Shown here: piece by piece, positions 46,644-54,741 of the stretch
How the letters are laid out: every line of letters begins with the position of its first letter
How positions within the stretch are numbered: the first letter of the stretch is position 1
Assembly (NCBI GenBank): GCA_016278505.1
Contig: JADQBQ010000018.1
Span: 4,002-68,001 of the forward strand
Direction of reading: 5' to 3'
DNA from: Clostridiales bacterium
Lineage (GTDB): Bacteria; Bacillota; Desulfotomaculia; Desulfotomaculales; VENG01
DNA length: 64,000 nucleotides
Notes under the pieces: model-generated
The model's database searches: none
Seen by the model: only the letters and a program-made list of their open reading frames with translations
Told to the model about the DNA's origin: nothing
Program-made: the position numbers and the translations under genes

Positions 46644-46988
46644 TTACTCTTTATTTTCTTGCATCTCTTTGATAGCTTGACCGATCATTTCAGCCGAAAG
46701 CCCGCCATGAAAGCGGGGTTGGCCGTCAATAACCGTTAAAGGAAGGCGTACCCTATCGAGAACAGATGAAACTTGAGGGTACTCCTTAATATCCGGTGTA
46801 GTTACATCTACAAACTTAAAATCCACTTCAGAGCCAAAACTGTTTTCTAGTTCTGTCTTTAACTCAGATGCTTCTTCTTTCATGGTCTTTTGCGAACCGC
46901 ATCCAGCGGCAGGAGAAGGGCCTCACCCGCCAGTCTGCACCGGTGCATCAAGACCGAAAACCATTACTTCAATTGGTTGTTCTGCCAT
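46644..46988 (-). CDS. Small thioredoxin-fold selenoprotein candidate (in-frame UGA at 46923-46925 read as Sec)
   Basis: ATG 46988 lies 5 nt after GAGAGGTGA. MAEQPIEVMVFGLDAPVQTGG-U-GPSPAAGCGSQKT then joins the ORF-track ORF 46644..46883 in frame (345 nt in total). A GCCGC-UGGAU-GCGGU hairpin lies about 12 nt downstream of the UGA. The TGGUG motif resembles the TGVCG motif of ArsD-type thioredoxin-fold proteins. Confidence 0.6.
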
Positions 46989-47076
46989 ACTATCACCTCT
47001 CAGTTAGCCTTTTTTACCAATGTATAACAGATTGTAACATAATTACGTATGTTATGATACCCCGGCAGTCAAGACT

Positions 47077-47109
47077 AATTTCACTAAAAATATATTTTTT
47101 AGTGAAATT
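47077..47109. promoter_or_regulatory. 33-bp perfect AT-rich palindrome in the divergent selenoprotein promoter region
   Basis: AATTTCACTAAAAATATATTTTTAGTGAAATT-type symmetry read directly from the sequence. Confidence 0.5.
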
Positions 47110-47121
47110 GAATGATTACCG

Positions 47122-47150
47122 GGGGGATAATAAAATTATTTTATTATCCC
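47122..47150. promoter_or_regulatory. Second perfect palindrome or hairpin in the same intergenic region
   Basis: GGGGATAATAAAA-TTA-TTTTATTATCCCC. Confidence 0.5.
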
Positions 47151-47195
47151 CATAAAGGAATCTCTCAATGCATAATTGAAAAATATAGAAAGAAG

Positions 47196-47243
47196 GATGA
47201 TAAACCTGTCTTTTGCGCATAGCGAATGAATTGAATCGAGCTG
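47196..47243 (+). repeat. Copy B of the repeat family (48 nt, B/E subtype), left arm of the inverted pair bracketing selD-yedF-kinase
   Basis: GATGATAAACCTGTCTTTTGCGCATAGCGAATGAATTGAATCGAGCTG. 45 of 48 identical to the reverse complement of 50349-50396. Confidence 0.8.
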
Positions 47244-47265
47244 AAAATAATAAAGGATGATAAAC

Positions 47266-48309
47266 TTGAATAAACAAGAACACAGATTAACCCAAATGAC
47301 CAAAAGTTCAGGGTGAGCTGCCAAATTGGGGCCTGAGGCCCTGTCGCAGGTACTGCGGCAGCTACCGGTGCTTGATCACCCTAACTTATTGGTGGGATTG
47401 GAAACCTCAGATGACGCTGCAGTTTACAAACTGAACGGGAGCACTGCCATTATTAATACCGTTGATTTTTTTACCCCTATTGTGGACGACCCCTATCTAT
47501 TTGGCCAAATTGCAGCAACCAACGCGCTGAGCGATATCTATGCCATGGGCGGGCAACCGCTTCTTGCTTTGAACATTGCATGTTTTCCCAGCTGCCTGCC
47601 CAAGGAAATGCTGGCCCAAATATTACGCGGGGGCGCCGATAAAGTTATGGAGGCTGAGGCCATTATAGCCGGAGGTCATACCATAGAAGATGACGAACCT
47701 AAATACGGTTTAGCCGTTACCGGACTGGTGCACCCGGATAAAGTAACATCTAATTCCAATGCCCGAACAGACAACCTCTTAGTATTAACCAAACCCCTGG
47801 GCACCGGAATCATAAATACTGCCATCAAAGGCGGCCTGGCCAGTGATGAAGTGATAAGGCAGGCATCGCATAGCATGTGTGAATTAAATAAAGAGGCTGC
47901 CCGGATAATGAATAATACAGGTGCCCGGGCTTGTACTGATATAACCGGGTTTGGATTGATGGGACATGCTGCTGAAATGGCTGAGGCAAGTAATGTAAGT
48001 CTGGAAATCTGGTCGGAGGAAGTACCCCTATTACCCGGAACATTGGACATGGCCTCGATGGGGATGATCCCCGCAGGGGCTTACAATAACCAAACATATC
48101 TACAGGGAAAGACTAAATTTTCAGGACAAATAAAAGCTGAATTACAGTTAGCCTTTTTTGACCCACAAACCTCGGGAGGTCTGCTCATTTCCATACCGGA
48201 AGGCAAGGCTGACATCTTAATGCAGGGTATGAATGATGCCGGAATTGCCCACGCTGCAGTAATAGGCAAAGTAAAACAGCGAAAAAGTCATTTAATAGAG
48301 ATAGTGTAG
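47266..48309 (+). CDS. selD: Selenide, water dikinase (selenophosphate synthetase) with active-site selenocysteine (UGA 47314-47316)
   Basis: (M)NKQEHRLTQMTKSSG-U-AAKLGPEAL aligns with the E. coli SelD N-terminus [20 protein letters not shown] (Sec at the Cys17 position, Lys at +3). TTG 47266 lies 8 nt after AAAGGA (ATG 47257 is also in frame). The ORF track begins only at 47326, after the UGA. Confidence 0.85.
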
Positions 48310-48331
48310 CTAATTTAAGGAGGTCATAATA

Positions 48332-48943
48332 ATGGTAAAGGAAATTGATTGCCGCGGACTTAACTGCCCGCAACCGGTAATCAATACCAAGAAGGCTTTG
48401 GATGAAATTTCCACAGGAAGAATAACAACCATTGTTGATAACCCTGTGGCTCATAAAAATGTATCCCTTTTTGCCCGAAATTCCGGACACCAGGTAGAAG
48501 ACAAAGAAGAAAACGGTGTTTTTTACATATCCATTACCAAAGGCAGTGGGGAAAATCCCCCATCCGAGCAAACCGAAACTGAACAAACCCTACCGGTGGC
48601 AGCACAAAAGCCCGTTTATTTAATATCTTCCAATTGTTTCGGACAGGGTTCGCCGGACCTTGGAACCGTGCTCATGAAAAGCTTAATGCTTACACTAGCA
48701 GAGAGCGACCCCGCTCCCGGGGCACTGATATTTTTAAACACCGGTGTCTACCTTGCTGCCGAAGGATCTGACGTTTTACCTTACCTGAGCAAGCTTTCCG
48801 AAAGGGGCACATCGATAATGGCCTGCGGTACCTGTCTTGACTATTACCAACTCAGGGAAAAATTAGCCGCCGGGCAGATATCCAACATGTATGAAATAAA
48901 CAGTAAGCTCACCGGCTCAAGTAAGGTAATAACGGTTTCTTGA
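48332..48943 (+). CDS. yedF: Selenium metabolism protein YedF (TusA/SirA-like domain plus DsrE-like domain)
   Basis: IDCRGLNCPQPVINTKKAL TusA-type CPxP motif. C-terminal DsrE-like half. Immediately downstream of selD. Confidence 0.75.
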   Translation: MVKEIDCRGLNCPQPVINTKKALDEISTGRITTIVDNPVAHKNVSLFARNSGHQVEDKEENGVFYISITKGSGENPPSEQTETEQTLPVAAQKPVYLISSNCFGQGSPDLGTVLMKSLMLTLAESDPAPGALIFLNTGVYLAAEGSDVLPYLSKLSERGTSIMACGTCLDYYQLREKLAAGQISNMYEINSKLTGSSKVITVS

Positions 48944-48991
48944 TGTCTACGGGTAGGAATTTAAAGGTGTTGTGACTAATGTAAGTAAATT

Positions 48992-49870
48992 ATGAAAACA
49001 GCATTTATTATCAACCCCGCTGCGGGGAGGGGAAAAACAAAAAAACTATGGCCCGTTTTAAGAAATCTTTTGATACCGGAAACAGTGTTCGAAGAACATT
49101 ATACAACCGGGCATGGGCATGCTTCCAAGTTAGCCGGTGTTTTGGAAAATAAAGGGGTTAAACGGATAGTGATTGTAGGAGGCGACGGCACACTTCATGA
49201 AGTAATAAACGGCCTTAAGAAAAAAGAAGCCGTTATGGGGGTAATTCCCACCGGCACCGGCAATGATTTTTGCCGCTCAATAGGCATACCTGCTGATCCC
49301 CGCAGTGCAATAAGGATTTTATCGGAAGGCCGCATACGAAAACTGGACCTTGGCTGTGTAAACAACAGATTTTTTATCAATGTTGCCGGAGTGGGCTTTG
49401 ATGCCCAGGTTGCACAAGAAATAAACAAGGGAATAAAATGGCTTACCGGTTCCCCCGCTTATTTAGTAGCAGTTGTAAAACTAATAATGACCTATCGGAA
49501 TATACCGCTGCAGATCATTCTAGATAACAATACTAAAATCCACTTAAATAGTTTTCTACTGGCTGTAGGAAACGCTCAATATTACGGTGGAGGTATGCGT
49601 ATTGTTCCCTCTGCTGTCCCGGATGATGGTTATTTTCACATCTGTGCCGCGGGTGATGTTAGAAAAAGGGATGTTTTAATTACCCTACCTAAGATTTTCA
49701 GCGGCAAACATATGGATCACCCCCTGGTTCGGGGGTATACAGCTAAAGAAATTGAAATTTCATCTGACTGCAGGGCAGTGGTGCATGCTGACGGGGAAAT
49801 AATAGGGCACCTGCCGGCAAAGTTTTCAATACTTCCCAGAGAGCTAAAATTATTGGTCCCTGCCAGGTAG
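48992..49870 (+). CDS. Diacylglycerol kinase catalytic-domain lipid kinase (YegS/BmrU family)
   Basis: NPAAGRGK, GGDGTLHEVINGL and PTGTGNDF motifs. Confidence 0.85.
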   Translation: MKTAFIINPAAGRGKTKKLWPVLRNLLIPETVFEEHYTTGHGHASKLAGVLENKGVKRIVIVGGDGTLHEVINGLKKKEAVMGVIPTGTGNDFCRSIGIPADPRSAIRILSEGRIRKLDLGCVNNRFFINVAGVGFDAQVAQEINKGIKWLTGSPAYLVAVVKLIMTYRNIPLQIILDNNTKIHLNSFLLAVGNAQYYGGGMRIVPSAVPDDGYFHICAAGDVRKRDVLITLPKIFSGKHMDHPLVRGYTAKEIEISSDCRAVVHADGEIIGHLPAKFSILPRELKLLVPAR

Positions 49871-49911
49871 CACCTGCTAAAAAAGGTTCTATATATTAAA
49901 GCTGGGTAGCT

Positions 49912-50389
49912 AACCTGTCTCTTGCGCCCGCTCATTCATTTCATCTCGCACTTTAAGCATATTACCTTGCCATATATATGGCAAGCGTTAAGGAATAAAG
50001 TATAAAAAAGCGCGCGCTAAGGGAACTGATTTAAGCACGCTTTTTTTCAGGCCAGGCTAAAGCTCAGTCTCACGCTCCAGCGGGATTCCCAAATTAGCAA
50101 GCCTCCTTCTTTAGACCAGCTGTTTTCGCAATGGCATAGATAAAAGTTAGTATTAAGAAAACAGTTATAATGCCATTGCCGTCCGCCGTCCTGGCTCAGG
50201 GGGCGGCCTCGCACGTCCTGTGCTCGGTCCCGCTTATTACCCAACTTTGGTCTAATTCTAGACTTTGTTTTGCAATGGCTAAAGTAAAGTTCGGCTTTAA
50301 GAAATGTGTCAGGTTGCCATTGCCGTCCGACTTCGCTAAGCCTGGCAGCTGCTCGATTCAATTCATTCGCTCTGCGCAAAAGACAGGTT
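49912..50389. mobile_element. 478-bp ORF-less element bounded by 16-nt terminal inverted repeats (MITE-like) containing two tandem hairpin units
   Basis: AACCTGTCTCTTGCGC (49912-49927) versus GCGCAAAAGACAGGTT (50374-50389), 15/16 complementary. A second-tier inverted match lies at 50050-50074 / 50324-50349. Related copies lie at 36415 and 47196. Confidence 0.5.
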
Positions 50390-50414
50390 TATGATCAATT
50401 TTCTTTGACATAAG

Positions 50415-50446
50415 CAAAAAAACCCGCCCGTAGGCGGGGGTTTTTT
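50415..50446. terminator. Intrinsic terminator downstream of the 50452..50931 gene
   Basis: AAAAAAACCCGCC-CGTA-GGCGGGGGTTTTTT. Confidence 0.75.
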
Positions 50447-50451
50447 GCTTA

Positions 50452-50931
50452 TCACCGGGAACGGGCCTGCCGCCCGCCCCTCTTGCTAATCACTTCGCCA
50501 AAAACTACGGATGCGCCAAGAGTATTACGATCGGCAAGAAGACTGTGCAGGGGGTTTACACGTTTCCCCCGGCGTTTCGGCGTTGCAGTCGACATAAGTT
50601 CCTGCTTCCACCTTCTTTCGCCTTTAATATCATTATCACGTTTTGACGGACTAATGTCCTTCGGCTGATCATCAATCCCGTCCTGAGGATCACTGCGCTG
50701 CTCATTGCGTGCGCCCGCATCCCAAGGGCCTGGTAGTGGACTGTCCGGCTCAACATCTTCTCTCTCGGAAGGAGAGCTCCACGGTCCCCGCAGAGGCATA
50801 TCATCTTCCTGTGTAGGAAACTCCCGGGGATTACGCTGCCCCGGTACGGGGAAATGATTACTTTTTCCCGCCGCGGCCAAAACCTTCCGTATAATAAGAA
50901 ATATTATAAATATCCAAATTAATTTTTCCAT
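50452..50931 (-). CDS. Membrane-anchored, Pro/Asp/Arg-rich hypothetical protein (occupies the yqfB position after floA)
   Basis: N-terminal TM MEKLIWIFIIFLIIRKVLAAAG followed by low-complexity sequence with GPW repeats. Operon position is the only functional clue. Confidence 0.5.
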   Translation of the reverse strand: MEKLIWIFIIFLIIRKVLAAAGKSNHFPVPGQRNPREFPTQEDDMPLRGPWSSPSEREDVEPDSPLPGPWDAGARNEQRSDPQDGIDDQPKDISPSKRDNDIKGERRWKQELMSTATPKRRGKRVNPLHSLLADRNTLGASVVFGEVISKRGGRQARSR

Positions 50932-50949
50932 ACTGTTTTTTCACACCCA

Positions 50950-51960
50950 TTATTCTGATTCAGACAGTTTTCTGTACCCGGATTCTTCAGTATCCTGCCC
51001 CACCTCAGATATATTCTCGCGCATCTTTGTATCCGCTGTAAGATTCTGCATGTTGTAATAGTCCATGACTCCTATTCTGCCCTGACGCAAAGCCTCTGCC
51101 ATAGCCCGGGGCACTTCGGACTCGGCTTCCACAACCTTGGCCCGCATCTCTTCCACGTAAGCACTCATTTCCTGTTCCCGGGCTACTGCCATAGCCCTTC
51201 TCTCTTCCGCCCTGGCCTGGGCTATCTGTTTGTCGGCCTCGGCCTGGTCAGTCTGCAGATTGGCACCGATGTTGCGGCCTACATCCACATCGGCAATATC
51301 GATAGACAATATTTCAAACGCCGTTCCTGCATCCAAACCTTTTTCTAATACAGTATGGGAAATAGAATCAGGATTTTCCAAGACATCTTTATGGCTATTG
51401 GCAGAACCTACATTGGTAACAATCCCCTCGCCGACCCGGGCAAGAATAGTATCCTCCCCGGCACCACCTACCAGGCGGTCTATATTGGCTCTTACAGTAA
51501 CCCTGGCTATAGCTTTTACTTCTATGCCATCCTTTGCTACCGCCGACACCCAAGGCGTCTGGATCACTTTAGGGTTTACACTCATTTGTACTGCTTCCAA
51601 GACGTCACGACCTGCCAGATCAATAGCCGCAGCCCTTTCGAAGGGCAGGTTAATATCCGCACGCTCAGCTGCAATCAGAGAATCCACCACCCGGTCCACG
51701 TTACCGCCCGCCAGGTAATGAGCTTCCAGTTGGTTCACGGAAACTACCAGCCCGGCCTTATCCGCCTTAATTAACGGGCTTACAATTCTGGCCGGCGGGA
51801 CCCTCCGGAAACGCATGCCGATGAGAGTCATAATGCCTATTTTTACCCCCGCCGCCAGGGCAGAAATCCACAGTCCGATAGGAATAAAACTAAAAATAAC
51901 AACTATCCCGACAATACCAAATATAACAAGTAACAAAAAAGAAACTGTTGCCAAACTCAA
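50950..51960 (-). CDS. floA: Flotillin-like protein FloA (YqfA, UPF0365)
   Basis: 336 aa. N-terminal hairpin anchor and SPFH-like domain. Follows the nfeD-like gene as in Bacillus. Confidence 0.85.
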   Translation of the reverse strand: MSLATVSFLLLVIFGIVGIVVIFSFIPIGLWISALAAGVKIGIMTLIGMRFRRVPPARIVSPLIKADKAGLVVSVNQLEAHYLAGGNVDRVVDSLIAAERADINLPFERAAAIDLAGRDVLEAVQMSVNPKVIQTPWVSAVAKDGIEVKAIARVTVRANIDRLVGGAGEDTILARVGEGIVTNVGSANSHKDVLENPDSISHTVLEKGLDAGTAFEILSIDIADVDVGRNIGANLQTDQAEADKQIAQARAEERRAMAVAREQEMSAYVEEMRAKVVEAESEVPRAMAEALRQGRIGVMDYYNMQNLTADTKMRENISEVGQDTEESGYRKLSESE

Positions 51961-52046
51961 ACTACTGAAACCTCCTCCACCTAAAACATCCAGATTATCT
52001 TTTTATGTATTAACAGATATGTCATTTAAAAACTATCTTCGCCCAT

Positions 52047-52547
52047 CTACGATTCTTTTATCCACCTTACAATTATTCTGCTGCCCTCCACATTGATTAC
52101 TTCCACCTTTGCATCCCTAGGTATAAATCCCCCCTCCGTGACCACATCCAGGCGCTCACCATCCACTTCAACCGTGCCGGACGGACGCAGTGGTGTAATT
52201 ACTGTGCCCCTACTGCCCACGTAACGGGCCAACCCGGGTTTGGGCGCTGTATATCCTGTTTCCTTGTACTGCCTCGAGCTTAAAGAAACCCGCTGCAACA
52301 AGTTTAATTTAGCAACCACCTTGATGCTGATAATAAATAAAACAATAGTGACTACCAGAGCTATTACAAGGGCTTGCGTGGCTTGAGTCACATCAACCAC
52401 AAGCAGTAAGACTCCCCAGCCCAGTAAAAGCAAACCTGATATGCCGGCCACGCCAAAACCGGGGACAATAAAGATTTCGAGTATTAATCCCAGTGCACCC
52501 AACAAAAAGCACAGTGCGGCAAGCCAGGGTATAAGTTCAGGAGACAT
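52047..52547 (-). CDS. NfeD family membrane protein
   Basis: Three N-terminal TM helices plus a C-terminal OB-fold (GTVITPLRPSGTVEVDGERLDVVTEG). Confidence 0.8.
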   Translation of the reverse strand: MSPELIPWLAALCFLLGALGLILEIFIVPGFGVAGISGLLLLGWGVLLLVVDVTQATQALVIALVVTIVLFIISIKVVAKLNLLQRVSLSSRQYKETGYTAPKPGLARYVGSRGTVITPLRPSGTVEVDGERLDVVTEGGFIPRDAKVEVINVEGSRIIVRWIKES

Positions 52548-52692
52548 TAGATTCCCTCCAGATTCAAACTTTAAATGCCCGGCACATGCAATTGCACGAA
52601 CCGGGCACTATAACTGCTCTTTTCACGAGAAACGTAAAGGCTGGCTAATCTCAAAAACGCTCCTCACTGTAACGCATTATTCTCATTTAGAT

Positions 52693-52887
52693 TTACCTAA
52701 ACTTACGTTTACTTTTGCTGGCCGCCCGTCTGGCTGCCTCAGATTTTTTCTTTCTTTTAACACTAGGCTTTTCATAATGCTCATGCTTACGAGCTTCCGC
52801 CAGAACGCCCGACTTCTGGCAGGTACGCTTAAAGCGTCGGAGGGCACTGTCCAGTGTCTCATTTTTTCCAACCTTGACAATTGCCAC
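52693..52887 (-). CDS. rpsU: 30S ribosomal protein S21
   Basis: (M)[50 protein letters not shown] 52887 after GGAGGGGGGG. The ORF-track start at 52926 is an extension. Confidence 0.9.
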   Translation of the reverse strand: MAIVKVGKNETLDSALRRFKRTCQKSGVLAEARKHEHYEKPSVKRKKKSEAARRAASKSKRKFR

Positions 52888-53001
52888 TGCTTTTTCCCCC
52901 CCTCCGCCGATAGATAAGACAAACACTCAACATAAACCTAAAACACAACCTCCATCTAGACAATACTTAGTTATTGTACAACAGAACCTTTACCACGTCA
53001 A

Positions 53002-53343
53002 TTAGCCCGGTGGCCATTGTAATGGTCTTCCGGCCAGAAGGTGGTAATGGACGTGAAACACAATTTGTCCGGCATCTTTATTGCAATTAGATACAAGACG
53101 GAAACCACTTTCCAACTCCATTTCCCGGGCTACCTGGGCAACTGCCCTGTGCAGGTCACCCATTAAATGAGCATTCTCACCGTCTACATCCATTAAAGTA
53201 GGAATGTGTTTTTTGGGAATAAATAAGAGGTGGATAGGAGTTGCCGGGTTTACATCTTTAAATGCCATAACATTACCATCTTCATATACAATGTCGGCAG
53301 GAATCTCCTTATTTATTATTTTGCAGAAGATACAATCTTTCAC
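53002..53343 (-). CDS. HIT family (histidine triad) protein
   Basis: HVHYHLL histidine triad. CIFCKI N-terminus. Confidence 0.9.
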   Translation of the reverse strand: MKDCIFCKIINKEIPADIVYEDGNVMAFKDVNPATPIHLLFIPKKHIPTLMDVDGENAHLMGDLHRAVAQVAREMELESGFRLVSNCNKDAGQIVFHVHYHLLAGRPLQWPPG

Positions 53344-53430
53344 CCTGCCACCTCCTTCCCAACAAAAGGGTAAAACCAGCCTTATTGTGACTTTTTATTC
53401 AACGTAAATATTATAAATCCTGCCTCTAAA

Positions 53431-54741
53431 TTAAATTATTCTACCTGTCAAATGATCGTCCTCAACTTTTTTTCCCCAAACTTTTACTATTTCTCCCCGC
53501 AATGAAGGCTTGGCGGGAAAAATCATTTTTATGTAGTTGTCTGTTAATCCTTCATATAGATTATTATCTTCAGACCGGGGTTGTTCAACTAAAACCTCAC
53601 TCGCCTCGCCCACAAAGTCAGACATAAATCCCAAACGCAGTTTTTTCCCAACCTTAATTAATTGCATGCTTCTTGCTTCTTTTTCCGCGGCAGGAACTTG
53701 ATCCTTGAAAGAAGCTGCTGCTGTACCGCGGCGAGGAGAATACTTAAATACATGAAGATCGGCAAATTCCATTTCCCTTACAAAGTTTAAACTGTTCCTG
53801 AAATTCTCTTCTTTTTCCCCCGGAAAACCCACCATAATGTCAGTAGTGATGGCAACCCCGGGCATTTTCTTTCTCAGCCTTTGGACAAGCTTCCGGTAAT
53901 GTTCTGTCCCATATCTCCTTCTCATTAACCCCAATACTCGGTCATCTCCACTTTGCAGCGGAAGGTGCAGGTGTCGGCAAACAATGGGAGATGAAACTAA
54001 AACATCGATCAAATTAAAATCTGCGTCCTGCGGCTCTAACGAACTTAACCGCAAGCGCCTCAACCCCCGTAGCTCAGATATTTTTTCAACTAAAACTGCC
54101 AAATTTAAATCTCCGGCCGCATCTTTTCCGTAAGCACCCGTATGAATCCCTGTCAATACTATTTCTTTAAATCCTTGATCCAACAGCTTTTTTGTTTCCT
54201 CCAAAACACTTTCAAGGCTCCGGCTGCGAAGCGGCCCGCGAGCATATGGAACGATGCAGTAAGCGCAATAGTTATCACAGCCCTCCTGAATCTTCAAAAA
54301 ACCGCGCACACGGTTTTGTACCAATGCAGGCAGTTCCTCGAAAGTATCGGCGGACATTATATCGGCAACAGCATTCACCGGACGGTTACCTTCTAACCCA
54401 ACACCTTCCACCAGATCAACAATTTTTGACCTGTCCTTGGTACCGACTACAAGATCAACACCAGGGATATCCAACACCTCTGCCGGAGAAGTCTGTGCAT
54501 AACAGCCGGTAACCACAACCACGGCTCCGGGATTGGTCCGGGTGGCCCGGCGGATAAGCTGTCTTGACTTACGGTCTCCCATGTGAGTGACCGTGCAGGT
54601 ATTTATAACATACACATCAGCATAATCGTTGAAATCAGTAATTTTATAGCCTTTTTCCATGAACAACTGTACTATGGCCGACGATTCGTATTGATTAACC
54701 TTGCACCCCAGCGTAGTGCAAGCTACGGTCTTTTTTTTCAT
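53431..54741 (-). CDS. mtaB: tRNA t6A37 methylthiotransferase MtaB
   Basis: UPF0004 N-domain, radical SAM CDNYCAYC, TRAM C-terminus. Synteny with B. subtilis yqeV. Confidence 0.85.
   Translation of the reverse strand: MKKKTVACTTLGCKVNQYESSAIVQLFMEKGYKITDFNDYADVYVINTCTVTHMGDRKSRQLIRRATRTNPGAVVVVTGCYAQTSPAEVLDIPGVDLVVGTKDRSKIVDLVEGVGLEGNRPVNAVADIMSADTFEELPALVQNRVRGFLKIQEGCDNYCAYCIVPYARGPLRSRSLESVLEETKKLLDQGFKEIVLTGIHTGAYGKDAAGDLNLAVLVEKISELRGLRRLRLSSLEPQDADFNLIDVLVSSPIVCRHLHLPLQSGDDRVLGLMRRRYGTEHYRKLVQRLRKKMPGVAITTDIMVGFPGEKEENFRNSLNFVREMEFADLHVFKYSPRRGTAAASFKDQVPAAEKEARSMQLIKVGKKLRLGFMSDFVGEASEVLVEQPRSEDNNLYEGLTDNYIKMIFPAKPSLRGEIVKVWGKKVEDDHLTGRII

Noticed and set aside
50120-50335. The tandem GCAATGGC units as a mini CRISPR array or retron msr/msd
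   Set aside because: There are only two diverged units with a large GC-rich spacer, no cas genes, no reverse transcriptase and no conserved repeat-spacer periodicity.
50047-50394. ORFs 50047..50379 (-) and 50170..50394 (+) inside the 478-bp element as possible transposase or toxin genes
   Set aside because: There is no RBS. The composition is driven by the tandem hairpin units (repeated GRQW from CCATTGCCGTCC). The two ORFs overlap each other on opposite strands, and neither resembles any transposase fold I know.
46989-50450. Search for tRNA-Sec (selC) near selD
   Set aside because: I found no sequence with a UCA anticodon loop flanked by the long acceptor and variable arms. selC is presumably elsewhere in the genome.
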